The notes beneath the pieces are model-generated. The model saw only the letters and a program-made list of their open reading frames with translations, was not told where the DNA came from and did not search any database. DNA of 64,000 bases from Selaginella moellendorffii (Eukaryota > Plantae > Lycopodiophyta). Where the stretch lies: NCBI RefSeq assembly GCF_000143415.4, contig NW_003314288.1, forward strand, positions 596,939 through 660,938, read 5' to 3'. A program made the position numbers and the translations under genes. Positions within the stretch are counted from its first letter, which is position 1; each line of letters opens with the position of its first letter. Below, piece after piece: positions 13,501-27,319 of the stretch.

Positions 13501-14900
13501 TAAGTGTGATACTTTGTTGAAGAATGTTGGTGATGAGCTTTGGTTGCTCCTCTTTTCTTAACAGAGTTTCAGTCATAATTTCCTGATCATCTTCAACTTT
13601 AGGTTGTTGTTGTTGAAAGGTTTGTTAAATTGTGTTGATTAGCTCCTTGCTTTGTTGCCATTCATGCTTTGAAATTTTTTGCACTTCGTCTTAGAGTTCT
13701 TGTTCTTTGACTTTTCCTCAAGGTTATCTTCAAGAGTGTAGTGTTTTTTCTGACTTCGAGTTAGAGCTCTTACCTTAGGTTCATCTTCAAAGTGTTCATC
13801 TTTGATTTGGTCGATGTTGACATTTCTTGTGGTTGGAGGAGGTCTTCGATGTTGCTAATCTTACTAAGGAGGTTGATTTCTTTGATTTTTTTGTTGTTGG
13901 TATTGGGGTTGGATTTTTTGAGTTTGAGGTTGCTATTGATAATTGTTGCGAAGAAATACTCTGGGTGGTGGATCATATTGTTGATTTTGCTGTTGATAGT
14001 TTAGTTGTTGTAGAGGTGATCTCCATTGTTGATTGTTATGGTACTATTGTTGATAGTTGTTTTGCCGAGATGGTGGTTTCTATTGTTGGTTGTCTCGATA
14101 AGGCTGTTGATAAGTCTATTGGTATGGTCACTAATACTGATTGTCTTGGTTGCTATTGTTATATTGTCGATAGTATCTAAGGATAGAATTATATGTACCT
14201 TGATTCTAGTAGTTCAGATACCACTATTATGGTTCTTATTTGGGTTGATTGTAATGTCTTTTAGTTGGTGTAGGAGTTCAAGGTATGTCCTTGACTCGTG
14301 TGACTTCAGTTGCTCCTTTGTATCGACAGATCTTTACTATATCTCTTTCTTTTTTATAGATTTAACACTTAGGAATCAGTAGTTTACACTTTGGTAGGAT
14401 ATGTCCTTTGTTCTTACATTTCGTACATCATACTTCTTTAAGTTTGTAACTTTCTTGAGTATTTTGGTAAATTCTTGATTCTTGTCTTTCTTCATGATTT
14501 CGAGTTTGTATTCTTCCTTATCATCAGAAGAGTCATTTGTTCTTGTTGTTTCTACTCTTAAAAATTTTCAAAGCTATTTCTCGAGGTTTTTAATTTTCTT
14601 GGAAATATTGTCAATAGAGGTCTTAGCATCTAAATTTTCTTCCGTACTTGCGAGAGCAACTATTTGCTAGTATATCTTCTTCAATCTCTGTACATACCAA
14701 ATATGCTTACCTTGTTCAGTGAGTAGATCTTTGTAGTGCTTTACGTAATATTTGAGTCTTTGGGTATAGCCTTGTTTGATGCTCTTGAGATGTTCTAGGT
14801 ATTCAGCTGTTGTGCCACTAGGTTGGTACTTCTCTTTGAATCACTTAACTTTTTCCTAAAATTTAAGTTTTTCATCAAGATTATAATACCATTCTAATAC
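10600..14900 (-). mobile_element. Old AT-rich Gypsy gag-pol (A/C-skewed coding strand), interrupted at 14900; its gag 5' part resumes at 22173-22480
   Basis: RMPFSLFNAP, GILLGHVVS, VDTSNYAL, NYTTTKKEALAMIYAL, GGHF and integrase remnants; many stops. Confidence 0.8.
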
Positions 14901-17900
14901 TGTCGCGAATGTGACTTCAGGTATCGAAAGTTACCTGTCGGCTAGTCCTTACGGACACTTTTACCTTACTGCCGCGATGGCAGGAGGTCGGTATTGCTGG
15001 ACCCGTTATCAGTCTCTGCCTAAGCTAGTTGAGAAACTGGTCCTCGCGTGTGCACTTGACCAGATGAGCATAAGGAAGGAATTCCTAAGTGTCTATTTAG
15101 TCAAGCATACTTGACCTGGTTAGAGAAACTCATTCGTTGACTTGCACTTGCTAGTGTTGGGAACCCCCACGATATTGAGCTTAGTCCCTCAATATTCGCT
15201 AGATGATAGCTTACCGTGTCTGCCAAACACCCTCGTTATCATGCCCTTTGTGTTGGTCTCATTTCGGTCCCAAATGCTATTTATGGAAAGTGTCCAGATT
15301 TGCTCATTTGGCATATCTACGGAATGTAGAGATCATCCTAAACACAATGGTGTTCGTCCCATGTCCAAATTCGCAATCTAGGGACATTCCATATTTAGTA
15401 AGTTTTGAGCTTGTCCCAGAGACTAACTCTTGATACTAAGGGAGGCTTGGGGTGAAAGCCCAAAGCGTGTGTTCCTCAAGGGGGGGGGGGGGGCTGTGGG
15501 GGGTTCCAAATGTATAGTAGGGATAGTGGGTAGGTCGGGCATGGTCGACCAACCTGAGGCATAGTCTAGCTCCCGCTTGCATGCCTGTCCTTGTTCTGCG
15601 TCCGGCTTGGGTCTAAGCCCAAGTTCCATTCCATGCTAGCTGGTAGAGTACCCATGTCCTCACATTAGGCCACCGGTATGCCAAAATAGCGCCAGACTCC
15701 GTTTGGCTCCGTTTGGCTCCGTTTTGCGTGCTGGTCCTGGCATTGGGATGCTGGTTGCTCTAGGACTATTCCAAGTCGCTCCGGGCTCCTATTCCTTCGC
15801 TCCTTGGGCTGTACGCTCGGGAGTTGCTCCGTGGTTCGGTTCCATCACTCCTTGGCTTTGTGCTTGGGAGTTTTGGCACCGTTCCTTCGTTCAGTGGCCC
15901 AAGGCCCTGAACCTTGGGTTCTTGTGGACACGTGGCATGGACACGTGGCATTTGTCACGTGGCACAAAGAGGGTTTAGGTTCCGCTTCGTGGTGTTATCC
16001 TATGGTAAATCACCATAGGATAAAGGGTCAAAACCACATGCACTACATTTGGTATCAGAGCATGAGTCTCAGCGAGTACTATTCAATGAGATTGGGCAAC
16101 TAGTCTCGTTGCATACGCAGAGATGAAAACGATGATCCGAGTGGGTACACGTTTTGGTGCAAAGACTTCGCAATCGTTCCTTGGGTATGGATTTGGTTAC
16201 CGTTTTGTACCGTATTATATGAGCTTGCTCTTGGGCTCATAAGAAGGATTGAGTTGTTCCAGTAGCACGAGTTTGCGCTTGGGCTCGTGAGTGAGGCACA
16301 TTAGCAACTCAAGGTTACACTTAGAGTTGGCAGGATTAATGTTAGCCTATCAGTGGTTCCATGAGTTGTTCCATGTACCATGGGTGAAAGTAAACTTTCC
16401 CTAGGTTTGCTATGAGTGGCAAATAGGCTGGTCCATAGCTGTTTAGCATGGCACTAGTGGATCCTTCCTATGCATGATTACAAGTGAGTCAATCAAGACT
16501 AGAGATTAGTCTATTAGTTCAAGTAGTCATTGCCGTGCTCTCTCATAAACTTTTCTTGGATTAAACTGAAGGCAGTGCGAAAGCAAGCTTGAGGTTTGGT
16601 CAAAGATGAGACCGAAAAGAGAGTCATCGAGGACGGAAGATCAAATACGTAAATCATCTTCTCTTCTTGGAGAGATGATTTGCAACGAGGTGTTAACTCA
16701 TTGCTTGTGTTCACATCATGCAATCAAGAGTCCCTATCTTGATGCATGTTGGAGATGGTGGTTTTACAATGGTGAGTTGTGGGATGGATAGCGGTGAAGC
16801 GCTAAACCATTTTATCTAAGCTTGCTATTGGAAGACTTGGGTTGCAATGCTCAATTCTTTTCCGGGGAACCTTGCTACTACTCCTTGAGTAGCTTGGTGT
16901 TGGATTAGTGTTGAGTTTGGTCGGAAAGAGAGTGGCATGAGCTTGTCCGTGTGGTGAACAAAAGTTAGTGATGTTGGGTGTTGTAAATCTCTATTGGTGG
17001 AGTGTGGCATTTATGTTGCATTTTGTCGAATCGAATTGGCATTTGATACTCACATAAACGTTTGAAGTAATGACATAAGCCTTACTCATTGCGTTACTCA
17101 ATTGATGATCAAGTCATTGTGATTTCTATATCATATCCATGTGATAATGAGCAATGTGTTTACGAAGTTGCTTGGGTAAATGATGATCAACCCCAAAGTG
17201 GTTGATGGAGAAGCTAGTCTACTTGCACGAAGTAGCATTGTAGTAGCCTTGACTGGATTCTCAATGGTGGTCCATTATGCTAAGCTTATGTTGGTACCTT
17301 GTTTCCTTGAGGGTTTGCCCATAAGGTGTTGGGAATGGGTTGTAGCATTCATTTGCTATAGCTCATCTGTTGATCCGTTAGCACTTGGAGTAGATTATTG
17401 GATGGAGAAGGTGTGAGGTGGATGCATTGACATCGTTAGCACTTGTGTTAGTGGAAGTGGCATTGTTGATTCGAGTGATGAGGAATTTTCCTTAGAGCTT
17501 GATTTTCCATGTCATTTTTCTTGTTAGTGTTTTGGCTTCACATTGGATCTTGAAGGTGGTTGAAGAAGAGTGTTAGTGCAATGTGGATATCCGAAGATGT
17601 GGTCTTCGTGATCAAGCCTTGGATGTTCATTTTGCACTTTGCGGATGTCGGTGTTGGATATCGGTTAGATGGGTAGAGATGTTCGAGGCTTAAGCATACT
17701 ATGGGTCATGAGAATTTGTGTTGAGGTGAACCTATGTGAAGTTGTTAGTAGGAGGAAATTGGTTGAGTCTTGAAAGTTTGTATTCCTAGACTGAGAGTCA
17801 TTCTTTCTCTAGGATGGAAAGTTTTCCACAAATTTTCTTAGGCTTTTTCAATGGCTGATCTATTGATCATTTTGTCCGGAAACCATTCCATTTCCGAAAG

Positions 17901-20900
17901 CCAGTACAATCTAGTGAAGGGGTTGGAGTTGACTTCGGTTAGCTTAGATCTTAGTAGGTAGTTTGTATGATGCGACCCGAAAAGGGTTCTAACTTTTGGG
18001 GCTAAAGCAATTGAGTTGGATAGAGTCTGGAGTTGGTGTAAAAAAAGTGGCTGTTGCGCTTTTCTAAGAAAGGTGACCCTTGTGCCTTTCTTTTGTAGCA
18101 TTGTGCTTGGTGGCAAGTTGAACCTTGCATTACGTTAGACTCTATGAGAGTAGTGAGCTCTCACTGATCTTGACTTGGTCTTGGTAGCCCTGCACCTTGG
18201 CTGAGGATGGTGATGTTCAACTTAGTTGTTTGAGGTTGAGATGTTGGTACCTATACTATAGCTTTGTCTATGAGGAGGTTGTGTACCGATATGAGTCCAT
18301 CTTATGGTCTTCACTTTAGTTTCGACTGAGTGTTGATTGCATAGCTAGCCTCTTCAAAGCATGCTCAGAGCTAGTGGCTAAATGTTTTAGTGAGCTTATT
18401 GCGGTTGAGTTGGATTTGAGTGGGCATTTAGTTTGTGCTTGTCTATGAACTTTTATCTTGTACCTGGGGTATCACGTTCATATTGGGCAAGTATATAACT
18501 TGATGACAAGAGTTGGTGTTTGGGTCTTGTGAAGGCAAGTTGAGGAGTGATTATTAGTTGCTTTGTGACTAGTGATTACTTGTAGACTTCGTCAAGGACT
18601 GTTGACACTTGCTTTGCTCGATGATGATTTAGCAGTGATGGGCTTGCTTTACCAGATGGTGTTGCGGAGGATCGTGTCATTAGGCTGGCATGGTTTTTCC
18701 ATGTTGGCATGTCAATTCCTTTGTCGATATCATTTGGTTACGTTTGGTCTATAGTGCTGGATTTCATTGAGTCTTGGATGTGGTGATTCACTCCTTGATG
18801 ATGTGTTATCTGTCACTGAGTTTTGCTAAAGGATTAGTCTCGGATACTAAGTATAGTATTTTCGACTTTGGTTAGCTTGGTTGCTGGAAAGCTTCGAGTG
18901 GTGATTCACTCTTGCTTTCTTCTAGCTTTGTCCTGGTGTTGATGGCATTGAAGTGATGCCTTGTCATTGATATTGTTGATATTGAGACTTGAGTGAAATG
19001 AAATATCTTTCCTTAGGATTGATATTGAGTTTCATTAGTCTTGATGAAAAGTGTTGATGATTTGGCTTTAGCTTTGTGTTGTTGGTATTCATGCATTTGC
19101 TAGTTAGCAACTGTGTTGACGTTCAAATGAACTGAGTGGTAAGTTGAGTTAGTTGTGTTCTCGATGAGTTTGTTTAGTAAGGGTTGAGCTTTAAGCTTGT
19201 CCTTGAAAAGTGATTCAGTCGTGGACTATGCTAACTCTACAAGCGAAAGAGTTAGTGATCAATATTGGAAAGTTTGAATCCTTATTGGGTTTGAATTCGA
19301 ATATATTGATCATTGATGATTTGCCTTGTACTTGTTATGACGTGAGTTACGTCTTGCTGTAGATGGATTCATGGAAGATCGTTTGATGATCACTTGTTAA
19401 GCATAGCTTCATTGTGCTTAGCTTTTGGATTGATGCAGAAATGCTCTTCATTAGCTTTGGCATTATGAAGTTTGGCTTATAGATGTGTTGAAGAAGACAT
19501 TGTGGGTTGCACCATGATTTCTTCTTTAGCATCGAAGTTAGCTTCTATGAGACTTGTGATCATTATTAAGCAAGACTTGGCTATAGGCTTCTTCGAGCTT
19601 TGGTTCTTTGAGTTTTATGCTCATTGTTCCATTTGTTAGAAGTTGTTGGGGAAGGCATTTTGGCTCATTAGCTTCGATGTTGAAGTTAGTATTTGCATCT
19701 AGCAATCATTGGTGATGATTGACTATCATCTAGGATAATTGATTATCCATGTCAAAAAGTTTTGCTTAATTATTGTTGGTATAGAATGGTTTGCCGTTCT
19801 TCGGGATGGTGGATTCCTTCTTAGACGATGATTATGCATCTCTTTATTGATGGAATGATTGATGATCTTTCATGATGGTTAGTTGTTCTCTTTGATAGCT
19901 TATGGCTTTTCGCAATACCATATATTATTTTTGGTTTGCTCTAGATTGGTCTCTTGGGTTTGAGACATCAGTAGGATGTTATTAACACTTGCTTAGGCAA
20001 CTTGAGTTCCTTGGTATTGTTGGCTGGGATCTATTCAGATTGGCTTTTGTGATAGTTGGCAGGCATGAGTGTTTGTTGGTCTTACCACATTCATTCTCTT
20101 CTGTTGATTGTTGCTCGAGTTAGTTTTGATAGATTTGGATGTTATTTCCTTTGGGTGATACATTCGTGAGCATTGTGCTTGTTAGTCAATGATACTTTGT
20201 GTTCTTTGAGTTCTCTCTAGTAAGTTGTTGGCTTACTGTCTACTCTCTTCGGTAGTTAAGTTTCATCATTGAGTTTCCTTGATGATATACTAACTATTGA
20301 ATTTTGTTGGATGGTCATTCCTATGTTTGCCAAATTATGATGATCTTGGTGGTTCCTATCTACAATACTACTGGTTTATCGGATGATAACTTGCTTAGAA
20401 TACTTTTGTGTTCTACTCTAAGATATAATCACTAGTAATTAAGCTTCTCAGATATCATTGTCTCTGACTTTGATATTGTCCATCTATTGCTCTTTGAGTT
20501 TGGGCTAGTATAGGCAGACTGGCTTCAGCACTTCGTGTGCATGTTGAAATCTCTAGTCATGGGATAGCTACTATCGACTGGTCACATCACCCGCCTCTCT
20601 GTCGATGTTCCTTATTCCGTGAAAGGGCGTGACCGTGTAAACAACTCTAACTGCCTGTTGATAGTAGTCTATCTAAACCTTACTGACGGGTTTGGTTTCT
20701 TTGCTCAGGAGGGTTGGGGCCTCTGGCTTCTCTCTCTATGTCCCTGCGGGCAGGGCATATCACACTTTTGTAAGCTGGGTGACTCCCAGAGCAGCAGGGG
20801 TGGCTGACTCCGTTGGTCATTTCCTTGTCAGTGACGGCCGGAAGGTGTCTGAGCTAGTAGCGCATCCGCGTTAGACAAAGAGGTTCCCCCTAACTCATTT

Positions 20901-22167
20901 AAGTTGGTGCATTTCTCACATAGTGTGAGTACCGTGAACTTTTTATGGAGTTGTTTCCTTGGCGGTATTCTAGACTGGAGTATGCATCGACGAGGACGTC
21001 GATCTTCCCAAGGGGGGGAGAGTGTCGCGAATGTGACTTCGGGTATCGAAAGTTACCTGTCAGCTAGTCCTTACGGACACTTTTACCTTACTGCCGCGAT
21101 GGCAGGAGGTCGGTATTGCTGGACCCGTTATCAGTCTCCGCCTAAGCTAGTTGAGAAACTGGTCCTCGCGTGTGCACTTGACCAGATGAGCATAAGGAAG
21201 GAATTCCTAAGTGTCTATTTAGTCAAGCATACTTGACCTGGTTAGAGAAACTCATTCGTTGACTTGCACTTGCTAGTGTTGGGAACCCCCACGATATTGA
21301 GCTTAGTCCCTCAATATTCGCTAGATGATAGCTTACCGTGTCTGCCAAACACCCTCGCTATCATGCCCTTTGTGTTGGTCTCATTTCGGTCCCAAATGCT
21401 ATTTATGGAAAGTGTCCAGATTTGCTCATTTGGCATATCTACGGAATGTAGAGATTGTCCTAAACACAATGGTGTTCGTCCCATGTCCAAATTCGCAATC
21501 TAGGGACATTCCATATTTAGTAAGTTTCGAGCTTGTCCCAGAGACTAACTCCTGATACTAAGGGAGGCTTGGGGTGAAAGCCCAAAGCGTGTGTTCCTCA
21601 AGGGGGGGGGGGGGGGGGGGGGGCTGTGGGGGGTTCCAAATGTATAGTAGGGATAGTGGGTAGGTCGGGCATGGTCGACCAACTTGAGGCATAGTCTAGC
21701 TCCCACTTGCCTGCTTGTCCTTGTTCTGCGTCCGGCTTGGGTCTAAGCCCAAGTTCCATTCCATGCTAGCTGGTGGAGTACCCATGTCCTCATGTTAGGC
21801 CACCGGTATGCCAAAATAGTGCCAGACTCCGTTTGGCTCCGTTTTGCGTGTTGGTCCTGGCATTGGGATGCTGGTTGCTCTAGGACTGTTCCAAGTCGCT
21901 CCGGGCTCCTGTTCCTTCGCTCCTTGGGCTGTACGCTCGGGAGTTGCTCCGTGGTTCGGTTCCGTCACTCCTTGGCTTCGTGCTTGGGAGTTTTGGCACC
22001 GTTCCTTCGTTCAGTGGCCCAAGGCCCTGAACCTTGGGTTCCTGTGGACATGTGGCATGGACACGTGGCATCTGTCACGTGGCACAAAGAGGGTTTAGGT
22101 TCCGCTTCGTGGTGTTATCCTATGGTAAATCACCATAGGATAAAGGGTCAAAACCACGTGCGCTACA
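14901..22167 (+). mobile_element. Full-length non-autonomous LTR element (LARD-like, family A)
   Basis: LTRs 14901-16047 and 21023-22167 (TG..CA, highly similar), PBS TGGTATCAGAGC at 16050-16061, PPT at 21010-21022, TSD AATAC on both sides. The 5-kb interior lacks recognisable gag/pol ORFs. Confidence 0.93.
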
Positions 22168-22461
22168 AATACTTTTCTTTTAAGTGTGAAAGAAAATAGA
22201 AGTTCTTTGTTGTCTTTTTGCTAATTGGCTTATATAATTTGGTTGAATTGCTAGAAATGTCTTTCTGCATCTTCAGATTTACTACCGGTGAAGATTGGAT
22301 ATGTAATCATGACGCTATAGGGTGTTGCTAGGTTTATGAGCGCCATTTTTCAATTGTTGGTGATGGTTCAGTTTTTGGAGAAGCTAGATAAAATTAAAAG
22401 TTATCGGTGTTGTAATCTTCGTAATCAGGAGTTTCGACTGGTGGTAAATATTGATCTAAGT

Positions 22462-23770
22462 CTAAATTTTAGTTAATTGTATCTTCCTCGGCATTGGTTG
22501 TGTTGATGTTGCTTGGTTTGCAACTTGTGTGGTAGATGGTATACTATTACCAAATAGAGTTTGGGATAGTTTCCATCGAACTAGACTACCTATTTCCAAC
22601 TTACTTGAAACATCAATAAAAGAAGAGATTGAGATTCCACTATAATCCCACCCATCTTGAGAGTCTACAACAATAACTAGTCCCTTAGCCACAATTGCAT
22701 GTATAGCATCCACTATCTTCACAAAAACTTTATACCATATACTACAAGCATTTATATTTATAGGAGAATAACCAGAATTAGGGATATTCTTTCCTTTGGA
22801 AATATTTTTACTCTCTATCTTCTATGGAATAACATATTCATCATTATTCCTTTATGTTTTAATTGTACTTCCCTAAGAGATTTTGGTAGGAAATATCTCT
22901 ATTGGAGATATCAATTGATTCTACTTCTATATAGAAAACCCACTAATATCCAACTCACCTATAAAGAGGAGTAATTCGAGTTAAACACCTTAATAGTGCA
23001 AAGCAAAACACATCTAACTCTTAAAGAAGCACAGTGACAAATGTAAGTAGCATCTAAAGATTACATTCTTCCCTTTGCAATTGATCCTTTATTATCCCAA
23101 ACAATCTCTATTACATCTCCTTTTAACAACTTGAGAAAAACAAAGAAAATTACAAATATCAAAACACAAATAGAAGGAAAAAAGTACAAAAAAAGATAAG
23201 CAAATAGGAAATTAAAAAAAAGAGCTCCTTTTGTGAATATGAGAAAACAAAACATGAAAATATGTAGCAAAAATAATAAAAAATGCATAAAATAAGCACA
23301 CACAAAGTCAAAGAATTTCTAGCATGCACTTGTATGCTAAAGACTCAATTTAATGTATTAATGAAAGAATATAAACTCACAATAAACCAAAGTCAAATTA
23401 AGAGAGAAACAGATTGGTAAGTGCAAGTTTGTAAAATGACCAGAGAAATGGTGGTTACTGAACAAGTATGGTCTCACACTCATTCTTAAAAAATGTAAGG
23501 ATTTCTAAAACTTTCTCTCTCATGGTCTCTTGTGTTTTTTAAGCTAGAGTGTGGGCTCATGCCTAGCCAAACGTCTCCAAAGAAGCTTGAGATTTCTTGG
23601 CATGCACTTGTACACCTATAGACCAGTTTTGGATGACTCTCTCTTGTAAATTTTTGTTCTTTTGTTTTGAGATTTCTAGGCATGCACTCTTATGCCTATA
23701 GACAAGTATGGGATGACTCTCTTGTAAATACACTACACTATCATATAGTCTCACGCCAAGCAATACTAAA
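22462..23770 (-). pseudogene. Relic of a transposon related to the 43858-56138 element
   Basis: IVAKGLVIVVDSQD..GWDYSGISI..LEIGSLVRWKL aligns by eye with VVAEGLATVVDPRD..GWDDIGVAI..LTIGSIVRWKL in ORF 47019..47615. Confidence 0.6.
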
Positions 23771-23871
23771 ATACGAATGTATATTCTTTATAATAATGGA
23801 AACCATATGTTTTGAGGAAAGAAAAACTTACCATGGCCATAAACAAGCCAAAACAGTGTGGGAGAGATATG

Positions 23872-24153
23872 TGCTTAGGATGTGCTAGAGAGGAAGGAAA
23901 AATGCCTCCTAAGATAAGTAGTGGCGAACCCTAGAGAACCCAAATAATAAAACCTAGGCTAAGAGGGGGAAAATTTGAAATGCAAGCTTGACAAAGAATT
24001 TGAAATGCAAGGGTAGTGTTATGATACTAATATCTTGTATCAGTTTTTGTTTGAATTTAGGCAGGATTATTAAATAATGTAGTACAGATATTTAATGTTG
24101 TCATATAGTTCAAGAAGAGACTCCATAAAAAGGTTTTTCAAAAAATGAGATAA
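23872..24153. repeat. Direct repeat of 29730-30039
   Basis: gcttaggatgtgctagagaggaagg...catgagataa-like block present in the same orientation at both sites. Confidence 0.9.
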
Positions 24154-24499
24154 CTAGAAATTTTTTTCATATTTATCGAAATTTTGTTTACAAGATTATA
24201 TAATGAGAATCATGGCTTGAAATTTATTATTGAAGACTATATGTTGCATATGTTGTAGTTTATTACTCTATTTTATTCTATTTATATTCTATGTTATATT
24301 TTACCATTTTCATTTTAAATTTTATTGTTTTATATTCCTGAATTATATTGTTTGATCCATTTTATTTATCTTTGCTTCGCTCGTGGCTCCAAAGAATCAC
24401 CCCAGCCAAAAAATATTCCTCCTTCCACGACTACTACTTCGCTACACTGCTCTACCAAAATCCACCCAGCAACAGTCACTACTACCTGTGGAGTGTGAT

Positions 24500-26840
24500 T
24501 TACAATTCCACGTCTTGCAAGTCATCTCCAAACACTCCGGAGGAACTGGCAGCTTTGAATCCCACTGTGCTGGACTGTTGATGGTGGTGCCGATGAATTG
24601 AACTTTCCTGGTGTTGGTTTTGCTGCTGCTGCTCGACCATCACTGGCGGAGTGACTTCCAGAGCTGGAGGTGGCGGCAACGAGACGGTCAACGGTGCTGC
24701 TAGATAGTGATTCGAATAGAACATTGCTGGCAAAGAGCTGCTCGAGAGATGATCAGGCGTTGGCCCCGGATCGTTTCTCATATCCTGTACAACCGGCTGA
24801 GCGAATGCTGCTGTTGCAAGCGGTCCATTTCCGTTTGAGAATGCCGTGTCGGGGACAAAGGCCGGTGCCAAGGAAGGATCCACCGAATGGTTGCTGTTGA
24901 TATCTGGAGCAGAGGCAGCAGCGGCCGCAGGCACGAAAAATCTCGCTGGAGCCAAAGGCTTTGCGCTTGCCTTTGGCACCACGCCAAACAGTGGAGGAGA
25001 GTCCAATGATGTCTTGGATGGTGTTACGCTACCTTTGCTGAATGTATCGACATATCTGCAAAAACTTCGTGAGACTGGAGTGATGGGAATGACCAAAACG
25101 GTACCTTGATCTAACATTTTGATGTGCGCGAGCTGCGTACTGGTTACTACTTGGAGGCATTGGTGGGATTCCACTCACAACCGGTTGCAGCCTTTCCGGA
25201 GTTGGCTGTGGTCTCTCCGGCAACATGGAAATAGGAGCGCCGTTCTCCTCCACACGTGAGACGAGCCTGTTTGCCGTGGGAGGAGGAGCCAACAGAAGCT
25301 CTGGCGCTTGTGCCTCGGCTCCTTCTTCAACCCAGCGCTTCAGTGTCTCGTCGTATCTAAACTTGTTGCTGTCGCCAAGCTTTGCCTGCATCACGTACCA
25401 ACCATCAATCAGCTAGCGCTCTTTCCAAAGCTTCTACAAACCTCCTTCGAAGGTGTTTTTATGAAGCCCATCGCTCTTTGCACGAAAGAAGTAAAGACGC
25501 CTCTGTTTGGCATTCCTTTCGCTGGACTAACATCTGATGAAGGAATACAAGTCTTAATCGAAGGTACACAAGAGCAAGTCGAGTTACCTGTGCAGGCCTA
25601 AAGTCAGGCTCAGAAATGCTTCTCACTGGCATGTTGGATCTTCTTGTATTATCCTTATGGGTTCCATTGATGCCGACGAGGCAAGTGACACACTGCTTCT
25701 GCTTGCAGGACGGTTACTAATATCAAGCTTTTGGGGAAGAAGGGCCTATCATCTTGTGTAGACCAATATTGCCAAAAAACCGTTGCACAATTGACGTCGA
25801 GCCTCCCTGGATTTCTTTGCACACATCAGCTGCATGGCCCACTGTTTTCAATGTTTTCAACACCGCTTGGCAATACCTTCGAAGAGAAACCTTGTGTTAA
25901 CGAAGGATACAGTTAAAAATCACTACCAACCTTAAAGCTTCGTTTATCTTTCCAGCTTCAGCAAGCATCGATGCATAAATAAGCTTGTATGGCTGAAAAG
26001 GAAGTAAAATAAACTGGGAATTGCCGGTCACTCTTGCAAATTCGTACACTTCCATTCGCTGATGAAGAAAAGGTTAACATGTTATTGAGGACAAACACGG
26101 CTTACCTGGATAGCTTCTGGACTAGCGTACGTGCGTGGATACTTACAATGGTCGGCACCTATAAGACAAAGTCTGGCAGAGATAGCAAATATGGGCTCCA
26201 CATATCTGCAAGATAAAACTATGAGAAACATCAACGTGTGACCATGTATATACCTCATCTCGATGTCTCCAGAGACAATCACCAAGATGCATAATCACTC
26301 TCTCGTCCCCATTAATTCGGTTAGCTGCCATTATAGCCAGGTTTTCCTGCCATTCTTCGAGCATTCCTTCTACTGCGTCCTGCAAGTCAACATGCACTCC
26401 TTAAGCAAGAGAGTAGCTTGATAAAAGTATTTCACCTGTGTTGCACCATCTACAGCGGACGCTGGAACCGGTTGAGGTTGAAGCGCTGTTACGTTCGACG
26501 AATTAGTGTTCCCTACGAACACTCCAGCATGTTGACCAGCATAAAGAAGAGTTAGAGTCCGGAGGGTTGAAACTGACGTTGAGCCATCTCCACTATAGTG
26601 TGTAGAACTATTAAAAACCACAAGACCATCACTAACGGTCTCTACAAGACTAGGTACCTTCTCTCCCAGCTGCCGGGCCATAAGAAGAGCACATCCCCAA
26701 AGTTGCCCGTCTTGGGCAGCCCGTAAAGCCTCTTTCTGCTTTCCGGGAATCAGTGGCCTTTTCACCTCAAATGCAGTTGCCTGTCGCCAGAAAGTCTTCG
26801 TTTGTATCAACTCAAGAGAAAAAGACTGCCCAACCTGCAT
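24500..26840 (-). pseudogene. SEC16: SEC16 (COPII scaffold, MAG5-like) 3' half, multi-exon, degenerate
   Basis: GKQKEALRAAQDGQLWGCALLMA, WQENLAIMAANRINGDERVIMHLGDCLW, AHICYL, AKLGDSNKFRYDETLKRWVEEGAE. Short GT-AG introns, internal deletions, no 5' half. Confidence 0.85.
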
Positions 26841-27319
26841 TTGCTGTTCGGTTGGAGTTGTCTGTAGACAGGGAGAGCCAAAAGCCCATGACTCTACATC
26901 ACGCTCCTCCTACAAAGCCTCGGCTTCTTCCAGATGCCCTTTCCTCCTAGAGGAGCCAAAAGCTCCTCTAGTAGATGGCTATGCCACGGCTAAGGCGAGC
27001 CAAGGTAGTGCTAGCCATGGCTGAGACCTTGTGCCACCATCGCTGTGCTTGCTATGGGCCATTGGTGGTGTAACTTTGGCCCTAGCTGTATGGTTATAGA
27101 TACCACAGCCAAGGACAACATCAGGTTGCCAGTGGTTGTGGTAAGCTTGGCAAAACATTATCTTTTATGTTGAGAAAGGACCAATTCGCACATTTATTTA
27201 GTAAAAAAGAACTTAAGCGACCCACTTTAAAAATTAAGAAAGTTGGGTTCGCACATTGAAAAAATTTGTGTTGCAAAGTAAACTTATAAGGACTTTTGCA
27301 TTCGCACATGTCTTAGATT

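Noticed and set aside
13770-14382. Hydrophobic 'membrane protein-like' ORFs (also 30664-31152)
   Set aside because: Antisense translation of an N/Q-rich gag linker.
27220-27232. cccactttaa matching the core of the Sola-like TIR
   Set aside because: Only about 10 bp, with no terminal AAGCT and no partner end.
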